A stretch of DNA of 64,000 nt from Aeromicrobium sp. (GCA_040394025.1 JBEBSZ010000004.1:38492-102491), one strand, 5' to 3'. Shown: positions 27,092-38,942, counted from the stretch's first letter. Made by a program: numbers and translations. Notes: generated from the sequence alone by a model not told the origin.

Positions 27092-27862
27092 TCAACTTGA
27101 AACTTTGCCGTTTTCTTGACGGGCCCGCTCCACAAAAATATTGACCGCCTCATCAATATCGTCAGTAATAATCATCAGATCCAGATCCCCTGGCGAAATC
27201 ATGGCCGAAAACTGTACTGAATTCTTCAACCATTCCACCAAGGGAGTCCAATACTCGACACCGAACAACACAAGCGGGAAGCTCTTGATTTTTGAAGTTT
27301 GAATAAGTGTGAGCGCTTCAAATAGTTCATCGAAGGTGCCAAAACCACCGGGATAAAATACGTAACCCTGCGAGTATTTGATGAACATCGTCTTGCGGAC
27401 GAAAAAATACCGAAAATTGATACCAAGATCGACCCAATCGTTGAGTCCCTGTTCCATCGGCAGTTCGATTCCCAAACCAATGGAAACGCCCCCACACTCG
27501 CTCGCACCACGGTTTGCGGCTTCCATAATGCCCGGTCCGCCGCCAGTGATCACGCCAAAACCAGCCGCACAAAACTTGGCCGCCAGTCGACGAGCCGAGT
27601 CATACATCGGATCGTCAGGTTTCGTCCGTGCCGAACCAAACACTGAAATACTCGGGCCTAAGGTCGCCAAGCCGCCAAACCCTTCAACAAACTCCGACTG
27701 AATCCGCATGATTCGCCAAGGGTCGCTATGCAACCACCCTGGATCCTCCCTGGAATCAAAAAGCTGTTCATCGAAGGTCTTTACTGCAGCTTGTTCACGT
27801 TGCAGTCTCATGGCTCCGCGGTGACGCTTGCGGATGGGCTTGTCGTTCACGAAGTCAACCAC
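27092..27862 (-). CDS. LOG family protein (TIGR00730; cytokinin riboside 5'-monophosphate phosphoribohydrolase-like)
   Basis: GGGPGIMEAANRGA and PGGFGTFDELFEALTLIQT. Confidence 0.9.
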   Translation of the reverse strand: MVDFVNDKPIRKRHRGAMRLQREQAAVKTFDEQLFDSREDPGWLHSDPWRIMRIQSEFVEGFGGLATLGPSISVFGSARTKPDDPMYDSARRLAAKFCAAGFGVITGGGPGIMEAANRGASECGGVSIGLGIELPMEQGLNDWVDLGINFRYFFVRKTMFIKYSQGYVFYPGGFGTFDELFEALTLIQTSKIKSFPLVLFGVEYWTPLVEWLKNSVQFSAMISPGDLDLMIITDDIDEAVNIFVERARQENGKVSS

Positions 27863-28908
27863 CGTTCTAATGCTGTATGTACGTGAGTCAAATGTTCAAT
27901 GGGAACGTGTTCATCTGCTTTGTGGGCGTAAGCCGGATCTCCGGGGCCGAAATTCACGGCCGGAATACCGAGCATCGTGAACTTGGCAACATCCGTCCAG
28001 CCAAATTTCGGTGAAACATTGCCGACAGTTTCGGCGACGAACGCAGCTACAGCAGGGCGTTCCAAGCCGGGCAGCGCTCCTGGCACCGAATCGGTGACGG
28101 TGAGGTCGTAGTCAGCGAAAACATCGCGAAGGTGAGCTAGCGCCTCAGCTTCGCTTTTGGACGGCGCGAAACGGTAGTTGACAGTCACGACACCCTCGTC
28201 GGGAATCACATTGCCAGCCACACCGCCGGAAATGCCGACAGCATTAAGACCTTCACGATACGTCAAACCACTGATCTCAACCTCTGCAGGCTCGTAGTGT
28301 GCGAGCGTCGTCAGCAGTGGTGCAAGGTCGTGAATTGCGTTGTGCCCCATCCAGGCCCGGGCCGAATGCGCTTGTTCGCCAGTAGTGCGAATCTCCACCC
28401 GTAATGATCCTTGGCAACCGGCTTCAACCTGTGCGTTCGACGGCTCCATCAAGATGGCAAAGTCTGCGTGAAGGAGCTCTGGACGTGTACGTGCCACGCG
28501 CCCTAAACCATTAAACTCCGAAGCAATTTCTTCCGCTTCATAGAAAACCCAGGTGACATCGCGGCTCGGCTGGTCCAAGGCCACGGCAAGAGCGAGAGCA
28601 ATTGCAACGCCACCCTTCATATCGCAGGTGCCGAGGCCATACAACATCTCGCCGTCGATACGTGACGGCAAATTGTTGTTTACCGGAACAGTGTCTATGT
28701 GCCCGGCGATGACGACTCGGTCGGCGCGCTCAAGGTTGGTCGACGCGATGATCGTATGTCCATCACGCACAATCGACAGATGTGAACAACGCTGCAAAAC
28801 GTTCTCAATTTCATCAGCGATCGTTGCCTCACTCAGGCTTACCGATTCGATATCGACCAAAGCACGCGTGAGATCGACAATGCTGGCATTTAGGTCAAGC
28901 AGGCTCAC
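27847..28908 (-). CDS. dapE: Succinyl-diaminopimelate desuccinylase
   Basis: M20 peptidase motifs (IAGHIDTVP, GTCDMKGG, MEPS). Context next to LOG as in other actinobacteria. Confidence 0.85.
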   Translation of the reverse strand: MSLLDLNASIVDLTRALVDIESVSLSEATIADEIENVLQRCSHLSIVRDGHTIIASTNLERADRVVIAGHIDTVPVNNNLPSRIDGEMLYGLGTCDMKGGVAIALALAVALDQPSRDVTWVFYEAEEIASEFNGLGRVARTRPELLHADFAILMEPSNAQVEAGCQGSLRVEIRTTGEQAHSARAWMGHNAIHDLAPLLTTLAHYEPAEVEISGLTYREGLNAVGISGGVAGNVIPDEGVVTVNYRFAPSKSEAEALAHLRDVFADYDLTVTDSVPGALPGLERPAVAAFVAETVGNVSPKFGWTDVAKFTMLGIPAVNFGPGDPAYAHKADEHVPIEHLTHVHTALERWLTS

Positions 28909-28947
28909 GCGTTGATCCTAATGCCCAGATCTCTGCCATGGCCGAAT

Positions 28948-29565
28948 TCAGCGCGTCCCCAGGACATCTGCGACTTTTGGCGCGATTGCGCGTAAGGCGC
29001 GCCCGCGATGGCTAATCTCGTCTTTATCGCTCGGCGTCAGCTCAGCAGCCGACAGATCTCGACCGTCTGGCTTAAAGAGCGGGTCGTAGCCAAATCCACC
29101 ATCGCCATATTCGCGATCCAGGATCACGCCAGGCATGGTGCCGACTTCGACACGTTCCTGCCCATCTGGCGTGACAAAGGCCATCGCGCACTCGAATCGA
29201 GCACCCCGACGTTCGACAGGGGTATCCGATAGTTGCGCGAGTAAGAGCCGGTTGTTGGCGGCATCCGCACCGTCGGCTTTGCTCACCCCAGCCCACCGGG
29301 CAGAAAGCACACCCGGCATGCCATTGAGCTCGTCAACACAGAGCCCCGAATCATCGGCCAAACTCGGTAGGCCAGTCGCAGAAACGCATGCCCGTGCTTT
29401 CAGCAGTGCATTACCTTCGAACGTGTTCTCGGTTTCCGCTGGCTCGGGATACTCAGCCACATCAGCCAAACCGAGCACCTCAATGCCAGGCATCAAGGGC
29501 GCTAAGATTCTGCGCAATTCAGCCAGCTTTTTGGCGTTATTGGATGCTAGAACGACCTTCGTCAT
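28948..29565 (-). CDS. rdgB: Non-canonical purine NTP pyrophosphatase RdgB/HAM1
   Basis: [18 protein letters not shown]..., [15 protein letters not shown]. Confidence 0.95.
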   Translation of the reverse strand: MTKVVLASNNAKKLAELRRILAPLMPGIEVLGLADVAEYPEPAETENTFEGNALLKARACVSATGLPSLADDSGLCVDELNGMPGVLSARWAGVSKADGADAANNRLLLAQLSDTPVERRGARFECAMAFVTPDGQERVEVGTMPGVILDREYGDGGFGYDPLFKPDGRDLSAAELTPSDKDEISHRGRALRAIAPKVADVLGTR

Positions 29566-30281
29566 CGCCCAAGTGCTTCGTTCTGCAGACGGGTGAGATC
29601 GCCACAGCCCTTAGCAGCAAGCTCAAGCAAAACATCAAGTTCGGCCTTGTTAAAAGGGTGTCCTTCGGCTGTGCCTTGTACTTCAACAAACTCGCCCGCA
29701 CCAGTCATCACAACGTTCATATCAGTGTCGGCATTGACATCCTCTTCGTAAGGAAGATCAAGTAGCGGACTGCCATTGACGATCCCCACGCTGACTGCAG
29801 CTACCGAACCAGTCAACGGTTCACCTCGCAGTGCGCCAGCTTCACGCAGGTACATGATCGCATCTGCCAACGCAACGTATGCGCCGGTAATGGCTGCGGT
29901 TCGGGTACCACCGTCTGCCTGCAATACATCGCAATCGATGGCGATGGTGTTTTCACCTAGCGCAGAGTAATCAATCACGGCACGCAAGGAACGGCCCACC
30001 AGTCGACTAATTTCGTGTGTGCGGCCACCGATCTTGCCCTTGACCGATTCACGCGAATTACGTTCGTGCGTCGCTTGCGGGAGCATGGCGTACTCGGCAG
30101 TGACCCAACCAAGACCCGACCCCTTACGCCAACGCGGTACACCTTCGGTGGCACTTGCCGCGCACAAAACTTTGGTTCGACCGAACTCGATCAAGCAAGA
30201 ACCCTGTGCGTGGTCAAGCCAGTTTCTGGTGATGGTGATGGGGCGAAGTTGATCGGGTGTACGTCCGTCAGCACGAGTCAT
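29562..30281 (-). CDS. rph: Ribonuclease PH
   Basis: [17 protein letters not shown]..., [11 protein letters not shown] and [14 protein letters not shown]. 4-nt overlap with rdgB. Confidence 0.95.
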   Translation of the reverse strand: MTRADGRTPDQLRPITITRNWLDHAQGSCLIEFGRTKVLCAASATEGVPRWRKGSGLGWVTAEYAMLPQATHERNSRESVKGKIGGRTHEISRLVGRSLRAVIDYSALGENTIAIDCDVLQADGGTRTAAITGAYVALADAIMYLREAGALRGEPLTGSVAAVSVGIVNGSPLLDLPYEEDVNADTDMNVVMTGAGEFVEVQGTAEGHPFNKAELDVLLELAAKGCGDLTRLQNEALGR

Positions 30282-30327
30282 AGCCTTAACGCTATCGACC
30301 CGCTAGCTGACTGAGCGCGGGAGGTAA

Positions 30328-31089
30328 TCAGATGTCGTATGTTTCGTCTGCGCACACGAGCCGGTATTCGCCTGAATATGTGGTGAGCACATCGTTTTCA
30401 ACATCTTGGCGCTGAGTCCAACTCGGAATATGCGTTACCAGCAGCAACGGCACCTCGGACTCACGCGCAATGTCGCCAGCTTCAGCGCCAGTGAGATGAA
30501 GTTTGGGTGGGTTCTCGCAAGATTCCAAGAAAGATGCCTCGCACAAAAAGACATCCGATCCGCGAACAAAGTCTGCAAGCGAATCCATCGGGCCCGTATC
30601 GCCTGAATAGACAAGAGACGAATCACCCGCTGTCACCTTCACGGCAAAGGCAGGAACCGGATGCTCAACCAACATTGAGGTGATCTCGAAAGGCCCGACG
30701 CTAATCGTGTGCCCATCGACATGTTCAAGAAAGGTAAATGGCAATGTCATCCCATTGGGCTGCGTTGTGCCGTAAGCGTTCGACAGGTGCCAGTCAGCGC
30801 CTTGAGGAGCTAACACGGGGATCTTGGGCAGAAGCCCACTCGGATGATACTTGCGGTAGACGTACAGGCCGCTCATGTCGAAGCAGTGATCCGGATGCAG
30901 GTGAGAAATGCTGATTGCGTCGATGTCCGCCGGATCTAGATGTCGCTGTAAAGCACCGAACGATCCGCTGCCGATATCTAGAAGCAACCGGAAAGTTGAG
31001 CCCTCATATGGTGCCTCGACCAAATAACAGCTGGCCGCAGATTCGGGACCGGGAAAGGAGCCAGCGCAACCAATGATGGTTAATTTCAT
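30328..31089 (-). CDS. MBL-fold metallo-hydrolase
   Basis: HLHPDHCFD motif, 253 aa. Confidence 0.85.
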   Translation of the reverse strand: MKLTIIGCAGSFPGPESAASCYLVEAPYEGSTFRLLLDIGSGSFGALQRHLDPADIDAISISHLHPDHCFDMSGLYVYRKYHPSGLLPKIPVLAPQGADWHLSNAYGTTQPNGMTLPFTFLEHVDGHTISVGPFEITSMLVEHPVPAFAVKVTAGDSSLVYSGDTGPMDSLADFVRGSDVFLCEASFLESCENPPKLHLTGAEAGDIARESEVPLLLVTHIPSWTQRQDVENDVLTTYSGEYRLVCADETYDI

Positions 31090-31244
31090 TTCGCTCCCCT
31101 TTCGTTTAAGTCCGTGGTTTATCCACCTGAGCCTAATGATTCTGGCTTACAAACGCTCGCCCAGATCATGTGATTCTCGTCGCCGTGGCGACCAAATGCC
31201 AAGAAACGAGACAGAGATCACACGCGTTAAGGCATGATGTCAAC

Positions 31245-32591
31245 ATGACGTTACGCGATCAAATTTCAGAGTTGGCTGGACAGTTCGGACCCGATTTCAT
31301 CTGGGGAGTTTCAACCGCTTCCTACCAAATCGAAGGAGCAATCCACCAAGACGGTCGCGGCACCTCAATCTGGGACACTTTCACCGCCCGCGAAGGCACA
31401 ATTCTCAACGGAGATACGGGTGACATTGCTTGTGATCACTACAACCGTTTTGTCGACGATGTGAACTTAATGAGTGAACTAGGCATCGATTCCTACCGCT
31501 TTTCAATCGCCTGGCCACGCATTCAGCCCGACGGAGTCACGGTCGAACCACGCGGACTGGATTTCTATGATCGCCTTGTCGACGCATTGCTCAACAAAGG
31601 GATCCAGCCGAGTCCCACCTTGTTTCACTGGGACTCCCCTGAAGCCCTCGAAGCCACAGGTGGCTGGCAAAACCGCACCATTACTGACCGTTTCGCCGAA
31701 TACGCGCATGTCGTGTCTGAGCGCCTAGGCGATCGGGTCACGCGTTGGATGACTCTCAACGAGACGGTGGTTTTCACGCTTCTCGGCCACGGAATTGGTG
31801 TGCACGCCCCCGGCAAAGCACTCGGTTTCGGTGCCTTAGAAGTGGCCTGGAATCAGTTGCTCGCTCATGGTAAAGCCGTGCAAGCCTTACGAGCCAATGG
31901 AATGCAAAACATCGGCATCGCGAATAATCATGCGCCGATTTGGCCGGTCGGTGGTCGACCAGAAGATGCTGAGGCGGCGAGCCTATTCGACATCATTTAC
32001 AACAAAGTTTTCCTCGACCCAATTCTTTTGGGGACCTGGCCACTCGAAGGATTAATCGAACCTGAAGTCGCTGAACCGGGCGATCTTGACATCATTTCGC
32101 AACCTATTGATTTCCTCGGAGTGAATCATTACAACCCGCAAGGAATTAGCGCGGCCGCCGAGGGTGCCGAGTTACCTTTCGACATTGTCGATGTTCCGGC
32201 TGAGAAACACAACGATTTCGGTTGGCCCATCGTGCCTGAAGGTTTCACTGAGCTGCTCGTTGGGCTCAAAGAGAAGTACGGAGACCGTCTCCCGCCGATC
32301 TACATCACCGAGAACGGTGGCGCATTCAATGACACGCCAGGTGAGGACGGTCGTATCCGTGACGCCCGCCGGATCGACTACACACACGACCACCTGCTCG
32401 CGATCAAAGCTGCTATGAATCAAGGCGTAGACGTCCGCGGCTACTTCCATTGGTCACTCATGGACAACTTCGAATGGGCTGAGGGCTATTCGCAACGGTT
32501 TGGTCTCGTGTTCACCGACTATGAAACACAGAAGCGTATTCCAAAAGACTCCTTCCACTGGTACAGCCAGGTGATCGGTAGCCAGCAGTGA
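31245..32591 (+). CDS. GH1 beta-glucosidase
   Basis: FIWGVSTASYQIEGA, TLNE (acid/base) and YITENG (nucleophile). ATG 31245 was chosen. Confidence 0.95.
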   Translation: MTLRDQISELAGQFGPDFIWGVSTASYQIEGAIHQDGRGTSIWDTFTAREGTILNGDTGDIACDHYNRFVDDVNLMSELGIDSYRFSIAWPRIQPDGVTVEPRGLDFYDRLVDALLNKGIQPSPTLFHWDSPEALEATGGWQNRTITDRFAEYAHVVSERLGDRVTRWMTLNETVVFTLLGHGIGVHAPGKALGFGALEVAWNQLLAHGKAVQALRANGMQNIGIANNHAPIWPVGGRPEDAEAASLFDIIYNKVFLDPILLGTWPLEGLIEPEVAEPGDLDIISQPIDFLGVNHYNPQGISAAAEGAELPFDIVDVPAEKHNDFGWPIVPEGFTELLVGLKEKYGDRLPPIYITENGGAFNDTPGEDGRIRDARRIDYTHDHLLAIKAAMNQGVDVRGYFHWSLMDNFEWAEGYSQRFGLVFTDYETQKRIPKDSFHWYSQVIGSQQ

Positions 32592-33805
32592 GCGTCGTTC
32601 CTGACCTCTCGCGGGTGCGCTTTGGTTGGGTGCTGCTGATCACCTTGGTCAATTTGGGCACCTATGTGGCCTTTTTCGGCCCGATAGCAGTTTTGTTGCC
32701 CATTCACGCTGAAGTGTTGGAGCCAAGTCGCAAAGAATGGGCTCTAGCGCTCGTGACAGGCATCGGCGCTGCTGTCTCGATGTTTGCTAATCCGCTCTTC
32801 GGTGCACTCTCTGACCGCACGCGAATGAGGTATGGGCGACGCAAACCGTGGATCACGGGCGGCTCGCTCGTTGGTGCGTTTGGTTTGACCTTGTTGGCCT
32901 CCGCTCAAACACTTCCGGCGATGATCATCGGCTGGTGCATGGTCCAACTAGCGGTTAATGCATCACTGGCAGCCATTACCGCGACCTTGCCTGACCGCGT
33001 TCCCGTCGAACAACGGGCTTGGGCTGGCGGTTGGATCAGTTTGGGCCAAACCTTGGGCGTGCTCGTGGGTGCAGGGCTAGCAATCGCATTAGGCGGATAC
33101 CAAGCGGGATACATCGCGTGCGCCGTATTTTTACTCATCAGTGCTGTGCCTTATTTACTGGGCAGCAAGGACGATCCCATTAACGAAGCTCCGCCTTGGG
33201 ATTTGCGGACATTCCTCAAGGACTTTTGGGTCTCACCCAAAGCCCATCCCGATTTCGCTTGGGCGTGGGTTGTTCGTTTTCTCGTCAACCTAGGCAACGC
33301 CATCGCAACGCTATACTTGCTGTATTTCTTGAAAGACGTTGTCGGCTTACCTGACCCGGATACCGGCTTATTCATCGTCATCAGCATCTACAGTGTTGCG
33401 GTGTCGGTTGCAGCGGTCATATTCGGCATGCAATCAGACCGACGTGAGCAACGCAAGTTCTTCGTGGCGATGTCGGGAGTTGTGATTCTGGTGGCAAGTT
33501 TGTCGCTCGCGTTCTGGCAGACCTGGCCAGGTGTGATTATCGCGGGAATCATCCTCGGTGTTGGTTTCGGCGCGTTCCTTGCCGTCGACTTGGCGATCAT
33601 TTCACAAGTGCTGCCGAATCAGACGGGCTATGCAAAAGACATGGGCGTCATCAATATCGCTAATGCCAGCCCACAAGTATTGGCTCCTGTTATCGCAGCA
33701 CCCATTGTGGTGAGCGCAGGCGGATACACAATGCTCTACGTCTTGAGTGGGATCATCTCGGTCGTCGGTGCGATCATGGTCTTCAAGATCAAGTCCGTCC
33801 GATAG
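32588..33805 (+). CDS. MFS/GPH-type transporter (probable glycoside transporter)
   Basis: About 12 hydrophobic helices, GALSDRTRMRYGRRKPW loop motif, GTG overlapping the bgl stop. Confidence 0.85.
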   Translation: MSVVPDLSRVRFGWVLLITLVNLGTYVAFFGPIAVLLPIHAEVLEPSRKEWALALVTGIGAAVSMFANPLFGALSDRTRMRYGRRKPWITGGSLVGAFGLTLLASAQTLPAMIIGWCMVQLAVNASLAAITATLPDRVPVEQRAWAGGWISLGQTLGVLVGAGLAIALGGYQAGYIACAVFLLISAVPYLLGSKDDPINEAPPWDLRTFLKDFWVSPKAHPDFAWAWVVRFLVNLGNAIATLYLLYFLKDVVGLPDPDTGLFIVISIYSVAVSVAAVIFGMQSDRREQRKFFVAMSGVVILVASLSLAFWQTWPGVIIAGIILGVGFGAFLAVDLAIISQVLPNQTGYAKDMGVINIANASPQVLAPVIAAPIVVSAGGYTMLYVLSGIISVVGAIMVFKIKSVR

Positions 33806-33812
33806 CGGCTAG

Positions 33813-33894
33813 CCCCTCCAACTTTTGGTGGGTTTAAGCCGTATTTTCGCGGAAAACAGGGGCTAAACCCACCAAAAGTTGGGCGTTAGAGGGG
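33813..33894. repeat. Long imperfect palindrome between the convergent MFS and prs-like genes (bidirectional terminator candidate)
   Basis: ccaacttttggtgggttta (33818-33836) is the exact reverse complement of taaacccaccaaaagttgg (33865-33883). Outer cccctc/gagggg extends it. The right arm overlaps the prs-like stop. Confidence 0.8.
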
Positions 33895-34863
33895 AAGTTT
33901 GGGCTGGGGCGGTGCGAAGCCAGGGTCCACACCGTCAAACAAACTCGAGACCGACTCGCCCGCGTGAATGCGAGCTATAGCTTCAGCAAAGAGTGGCGCG
34001 ATAGACCGCACCTGCAATTCCGGCCAATCTTCGGGGGCTGGCACCGTATTCGTCGTAACCACCTCGGTAATCATCGGATGATTGCGTAAACGCTCCACTG
34101 CTTTACCCGAAAACAATCCATGTGTACATGCCACAGACGCTTCGGTCACGCCTTCTAAAGCGAGCCGATCCATCAGCTCAATAATCGAGCCACCGGTCGC
34201 GATCTCATCGTCGAGCACGATCGCACGTTTGCCTGCCACATCACCGACGATCGCATCAATGACGACCTTGTCGTCAGCTTTTCGCTGCTTACTGCCAGCA
34301 GCCACCGGCAGACCTAAAAGCCGAGCAAACTGCGAAGCCGTCTTCGCATTGCCGAGGTCTGGCGACACCACGACAGCGTCAGTCAAATCTTGAGCCCGGT
34401 AATGTTCAGCAATTTCACCAATCGCCGTGAGGTGATCGACTGGCACCGAAAAGAACCCATGAACTTGCGGCGCATGAAGAGTCATCGTGACCACTCGGCT
34501 AACCCCCGCCGTAGCCAACATGTCGGCCACGAGTTTGCCCCCAATAGAAATACGCGAGGAGTCTTTCTTGTCTGACCGCGCATAGGCGTAGTGCGGAATG
34601 ACGGCAGTGATCGATGCAGCCGAAGCACCGCGTGCAGCATCCACCATCAACAGGAGTTCCATCAAGTGGTCTTGGGTCGGTTTCACCAAAGGCTGCACGA
34701 TATAGACGTCTCGTTTGCGGCAGTTGTCGAGCAACTGGATCTGCAAACAGTCATTACTAAATCGCACAGAATCCGAAGGAGAAACCGAGATTCCGAGGTT
34801 ATTACAAATCTCGTCAGTTAGCTGCTGGTGGGCGCTTCCGGAGAAAACGACAATGTCACTCAC
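33886..34863 (-). CDS. Ribose-phosphate pyrophosphokinase family protein (Prs paralog-like)
   Basis: RDVYIVQ, IPHYAYARSDKKD and the PRPP loop VLDDEIATGGS. The flexible-loop region (SSRISIGGKLVADML) diverges from canonical Prs. Confidence 0.8.
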   Translation of the reverse strand: MSDIVVFSGSAHQQLTDEICNNLGISVSPSDSVRFSNDCLQIQLLDNCRKRDVYIVQPLVKPTQDHLMELLLMVDAARGASAASITAVIPHYAYARSDKKDSSRISIGGKLVADMLATAGVSRVVTMTLHAPQVHGFFSVPVDHLTAIGEIAEHYRAQDLTDAVVVSPDLGNAKTASQFARLLGLPVAAGSKQRKADDKVVIDAIVGDVAGKRAIVLDDEIATGGSIIELMDRLALEGVTEASVACTHGLFSGKAVERLRNHPMITEVVTTNTVPAPEDWPELQVRSIAPLFAEAIARIHAGESVSSLFDGVDPGFAPPQPKLPL

Positions 34864-34891
34864 GATTTGAAGGCTAACTGATCACAGTGGT

Positions 34892-36123
<1,232 letters not shown>

Positions 36124-36155
36124 AGATGTCAGCTTTCACATTCGTTTGGTGGGTG

Positions 36156-36587
36156 TCATTGGTTATAACGTTCGACAACGCGAACTTCTTCCTCAGTAAC
36201 GACGCTATCGATTATCCGATACGAACGAAACTCAACCTCGCCGGCCTCATGAGCACCGTCACGGGTCGACACAAGCACATAGTGTGCACCTGGTTCAGAA
36301 GCGAGATTTATATCGGTGCGCGATGGATACGCTTCGGTGGCGGTATGCGAGTGGTAGATGACGATAGGGTCTTCGTCGTTGTCATCCATTTCACGGTAGA
36401 GCCGCAAAAGATCGCCCGAATCGAATTCGTAAAACGTGGGCGACATAGCAGCGTTCAGCATCGGGATGAACCGCTCGGGCCGATCTGATCCGATCGGGCC
36501 CGCGATAACTCCGCAAGCTTCGTCTGGGTGATCGCGGCGAGCATGCGCAATGATCTCGTCGACCAATGCGCGGGAGATGGTTAACAC
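36156..36587 (-). CDS. mec: JAMM/MPN+ metalloprotease Mec
   Basis: EACGVIAG and the JAMM motif HSHTATEAYPSRTD. Confidence 0.9.
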   Translation of the reverse strand: MLTISRALVDEIIAHARRDHPDEACGVIAGPIGSDRPERFIPMLNAAMSPTFYEFDSGDLLRLYREMDDNDEDPIVIYHSHTATEAYPSRTDINLASEPGAHYVLVSTRDGAHEAGEVEFRSYRIIDSVVTEEEVRVVERYNQ

Positions 36588-36647
36588 AGTAATGGAGTCT
36601 AGTCACCACAAAGCAAAGCTCCAGCGACCGTCCACGAGCCGAAACTC

Positions 36648-37226
36648 TTAGCGACTCATGGCGAGCACGAGCGTTTCCTGCACAAAACCAAGCCACTCGT
36701 AGATATCGAGCGTCCGCTGTTGATACTCATCAGCTTCAACTTCAAGCCGCAGTACATCGTCTTCGGTCTCGATACCGAGTCGAACACCCAAGGCCAGCCG
36801 GATATCGGTCAGTGCCTTCAGCCAAGCAATCGCAGATTCAGGATTCAGTTCGATTTCAATGCGTTTAGGTGAATCGTCCTCGTCACTCAAACCACCCTCA
36901 ATCAGGGCATCCATGATCGCTTGGGCATTGGCAACTTTGTGGCTCGTCACCGTTTGTTCGGTATAACGGCGGAACTCAGCCGAGGATTCAGGATCTTCGG
37001 CATAAGCATCAGGAAGAAGCCGCTGGAGTACCGGATCCTCAGGTGGTGCCACCGGACCGGTCATTCCCACGAACTGGGCCAAAGGATCAGCCGATGACTC
37101 CTCCGCACCATTTCGGTCCCGCAATAGCTCGATCATTTGTGCTGCCATATTTGCCAGCAGCAGACCCTCGACGCGCTCAAACTCGGCTGCCAATCCCCCG
37201 CGTCTGCGCCGCTTAAACGGCTTCAC
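36648..37226 (-). CDS. DUF2017 domain protein
   Basis: Acidic helical protein downstream of clpS, as conserved in actinobacteria. Sequence pattern recalled from memory only. Confidence 0.65.
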   Translation of the reverse strand: MKPFKRRRRGGLAAEFERVEGLLLANMAAQMIELLRDRNGAEESSADPLAQFVGMTGPVAPPEDPVLQRLLPDAYAEDPESSAEFRRYTEQTVTSHKVANAQAIMDALIEGGLSDEDDSPKRIEIELNPESAIAWLKALTDIRLALGVRLGIETEDDVLRLEVEADEYQQRTLDIYEWLGFVQETLVLAMSR

Positions 37227-37519
37227 ACTTCACTCCGTTCGAGGGTCGCCCACAGCCCATATTCGTGCATAGCCTGAACGTGACGTTCTTGTTCTTCACG
37301 TCGTCCAGAGGAAACGTTCGCCCGTCCTTCGTTATGAACTGTCATCATCAGTTGGTCGGCTTTTTCTTCTGTATAACCAAAGTAGGTACGGAACACGAAC
37401 GCCACATAGGACATCAGATTGACTGGATCATTCCACACCACGGTGACCCAAGGGTCTTCCACCTCGACAATGAAATCAGTGTCGGGCTGGTCGAGTTCCA
37501 CCGGCGCAGGTACAGTCAC
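37223..37519 (-). CDS. clpS: ATP-dependent Clp protease adaptor ClpS
   Basis: PWVTVVWNDPVNLMSYVAFVFRTYFGYTEEKADQLMMTVHNEGRA. GTG 37519 gives about 98 aa. The track ATG 37648 would abut pncB. Confidence 0.85.
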   Translation of the reverse strand: MTVPAPVELDQPDTDFIVEVEDPWVTVVWNDPVNLMSYVAFVFRTYFGYTEEKADQLMMTVHNEGRANVSSGRREEQERHVQAMHEYGLWATLERSEV

Positions 37520-37646
37520 TCTTCCATTGTGGCCCACCCACAAACTCACGTCACGAAGCACGCCAAAACCCGAAGAGAATGACGCGCATTTTGGGGTGGG
37601 AAAAACGTGCTGTATGCCGCATAGCCTTGCAACGTAGGCTTGCCTC

Positions 37647-38942
37647 ATGACGTCAAGCGCATTCCTGACTGATCAATACGAACTGACGATGGTACAAGCG
37701 TCCCTGCAAGACGGCACCGCACACCGCAAGTCAGTTTTCGAGGTCTTTAGCCGCCGACTTTCAGGTCGTCGTCGTTACGGAGTTGTCGCAGGGACCGGCC
37801 GTTTTCTTGATGAGTTGGCCAACTTTCGCTTCGGCGACGAAGAAATCTCCTACCTGTCTGGAAACAATATCCTCACGGATGACACCTGTGAGTGGTTAGC
37901 CAACTACCGATTCACTGGTTCGATTTCGGGGTATGCAGAGGGGGAAGTGTATTTTCCTGGCTCCCCGATTTTGCAGGTCGAAAGCACGTTCGCTGAGGGC
38001 GTCGTGTTGGAAACGCTAGCGTTGTCGATCTTGAACCACGATTCGGCAATCGCCTCGGCGGCTTCACGCATGGTGACGGCGGCTCGAGGGCGATCCTGCG
38101 TCGAGATGGGGGCTCGCCGCACACACGAGCAGGCAGGCGTAGCCGCAGCCCGCGCCGCGTACATTGCGGGTTTCGAATCGACGAGCGTACTTGAGGCCGG
38201 ACGTCGCTACGGCATTCCCACAGTCGGCACTGCAGCTCACTCATTCACACTTCTGCACGACAGCGAACGTGAGGCTTTTGCGGCACAGGTTGCAGCGCTG
38301 GGCACCAACACAACCATGCTGGTCGACACCTATGACACGCGCGAAGGCGTCAAAATGGCTGTCGAGGTTGCTGGCCCCACTTTGGGTGCAATCCGCTTAG
38401 ACTCAGGTGATTTAGCCGACGAAGCACGCGAAGCTCGCGCTCTGCTCGATAGTTTGGGTGCCACTGAAACGAGGATCATCGTCACAAGCGACTTAGACGA
38501 GTACGCGATCGCTGGTCTGGCCGCATCACCGGTCGATGGCTACGGTGTGGGCACGTCACTCGTCACCGGTTCAGGCGTGCCGACAAGCAGTTTTGTTTAC
38601 AAGCTTGTTTCCCGTCAGGGTGACGATGGCGAATGGGTTCCAGTAGCGAAACGCAGCAGTGGAAAAATGTCGATAGGCGGACGCAAATACGCGATACGGC
38701 GGCTCAACAAAAACGGGGTGGCAACGGCTGAAGTAATCGGAATCGATCGCGAAGCAAGCAAGGACAACAATGATCGGCCACTCATGGTTGATCTTGTGCG
38801 CAGCGGCGAACGCGTCGATCACAGCACGGTTGCTGACGCTCGCCAACGTCTCGAACTATCACGCGCTGAGTTACCGAAATCAGCGCTCAGACTTTCCACA
38901 GGAGATCCAGCAATTCCAACCGTCTTTGAGGAGGACTCATGA
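37647..38942 (+). CDS. pncB: Nicotinate phosphoribosyltransferase
   Basis: LTDQYELTMVQASL, GTAAHSF, LVDTYDT and RLDSGDL. Confidence 0.95.
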   Translation: MTSSAFLTDQYELTMVQASLQDGTAHRKSVFEVFSRRLSGRRRYGVVAGTGRFLDELANFRFGDEEISYLSGNNILTDDTCEWLANYRFTGSISGYAEGEVYFPGSPILQVESTFAEGVVLETLALSILNHDSAIASAASRMVTAARGRSCVEMGARRTHEQAGVAAARAAYIAGFESTSVLEAGRRYGIPTVGTAAHSFTLLHDSEREAFAAQVAALGTNTTMLVDTYDTREGVKMAVEVAGPTLGAIRLDSGDLADEAREARALLDSLGATETRIIVTSDLDEYAIAGLAASPVDGYGVGTSLVTGSGVPTSSFVYKLVSRQGDDGEWVPVAKRSSGKMSIGGRKYAIRRLNKNGVATAEVIGIDREASKDNNDRPLMVDLVRSGERVDHSTVADARQRLELSRAELPKSALRLSTGDPAIPTVFEEDS

